NCBI GenBank assembly: GCA_043228905.1
Contig: JBHGNT010000014.1
Span: 11,222,001 to 11,286,000 of the forward strand
DNA from: Azolla caroliniana
Lineage: Eukaryota; Plantae; Polypodiophyta
DNA: 64,000 nt
Reading direction: 5' to 3'
This document shows, in pieces, positions 63,389-64,000 of this stretch. Under the pieces are notes generated by a model. That model had not been told where the DNA came from and made no database searches. It saw nothing but the letters and a program-made list of their open reading frames with translations. Numbering within the stretch: position 1 is the stretch's first letter; each line of letters begins with the position of its first letter. The translations under genes and the position numbers were made by a program.

Positions 63389-64000
63389 ATTAGTGGATGC
63401 TGCATCCGCCCAATAGAAGTTCGGCATGTGATTCTCATGTAACATGGCCTATGCTACCTCGAGTATTTGCCGATTCTTTCTTTCAGTGACTCCATTTTGT
63501 TGGGGTGTGTGTCGGCACAAGAATTCGCTCCAAATGCCTTTTCTTTGGAGTTAGGAGGTGAATTCATCGGTGAAGTACTCCTTTCCTCCATCCGATCGTA
63601 GGCATCGAATGTGCCGACCAGTTTATTTTTCAAGTTGGCTTTTGAGCTTTTGGAAGTGTGAGAGCACTTCGCTCTTCTTCTTCATCATGAAGATCCATGT
63701 GTGGCGGGAGTAGTCGTCGATGAAGGTGACGTAGTATCGGCATCCGCCGATCGTCGGCGTTTGAGCCGGTCCCCATACATCCGAGTGTATGATGTCTAGG
63801 AGGCATTTGCTTGTGTGGCTCTCCTTCGGGAATGGGAGTCGATGTTGTTTGCCCAGTTGGCATGCTTCGCATACTCGGTCAACTCATTTCCACTCGAAGG
63901 CTGGAAGTCCGATGACGACTCCCTTTGTTTGCATAGCTCGGAGCCGTTGGAGATTGATGTGGCTGATTATTTTGTGCCACAACTCGATGCTTGTCTCGGT
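63389..64000 (-). pseudogene. pol: Copia I1 integrase N-terminal part
   Basis: WHK...CEACQLGKQHR, HSDVWG, PQQNGV; joins the sequence left of 58184 across the TSD. Confidence 0.9.

Overview
No host gene is evident in this window. It is a deeply nested LTR-retrotransposon cluster, probably plant heterochromatin and moss-like by family resemblance (inference, not verified). Family letters below are my own labels. Ty3/Gypsy elements: three related non-chromovirus families (A, B, C; A and B carry an extra sense ORF after pol), one intact young chromovirus (E, 19183-26231, LTRs identical by eye, 1507-aa ORF), Tcn1-like chromoviruses (D, F) and a further family (G). Ty1/Copia elements: families H and I, including solo LTRs. 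There is also a LINE zf-RVT remnant. Several insertions are fixed by exact 5-bp TSDs (CATCT, CCAGG, CAATG, TAACT, ACTCC). Most notable: (1) both family-B copies with a visible 3' end lack a polypurine tract and instead carry a copy of the tRNA-Arg 3' end (an inverted PBS) exactly 2 nt before the 3' LTR, suggesting tRNA-primed plus-strand synthesis; (2) unrelated families carry antisense tRNA-like A/B-box cassettes at the outer U3 edge of their LTRs; (3) element E has predicted leader introns that would remove the PBS and a five-hairpin array. All coordinates were read by eye; no alignments or database searches were run.
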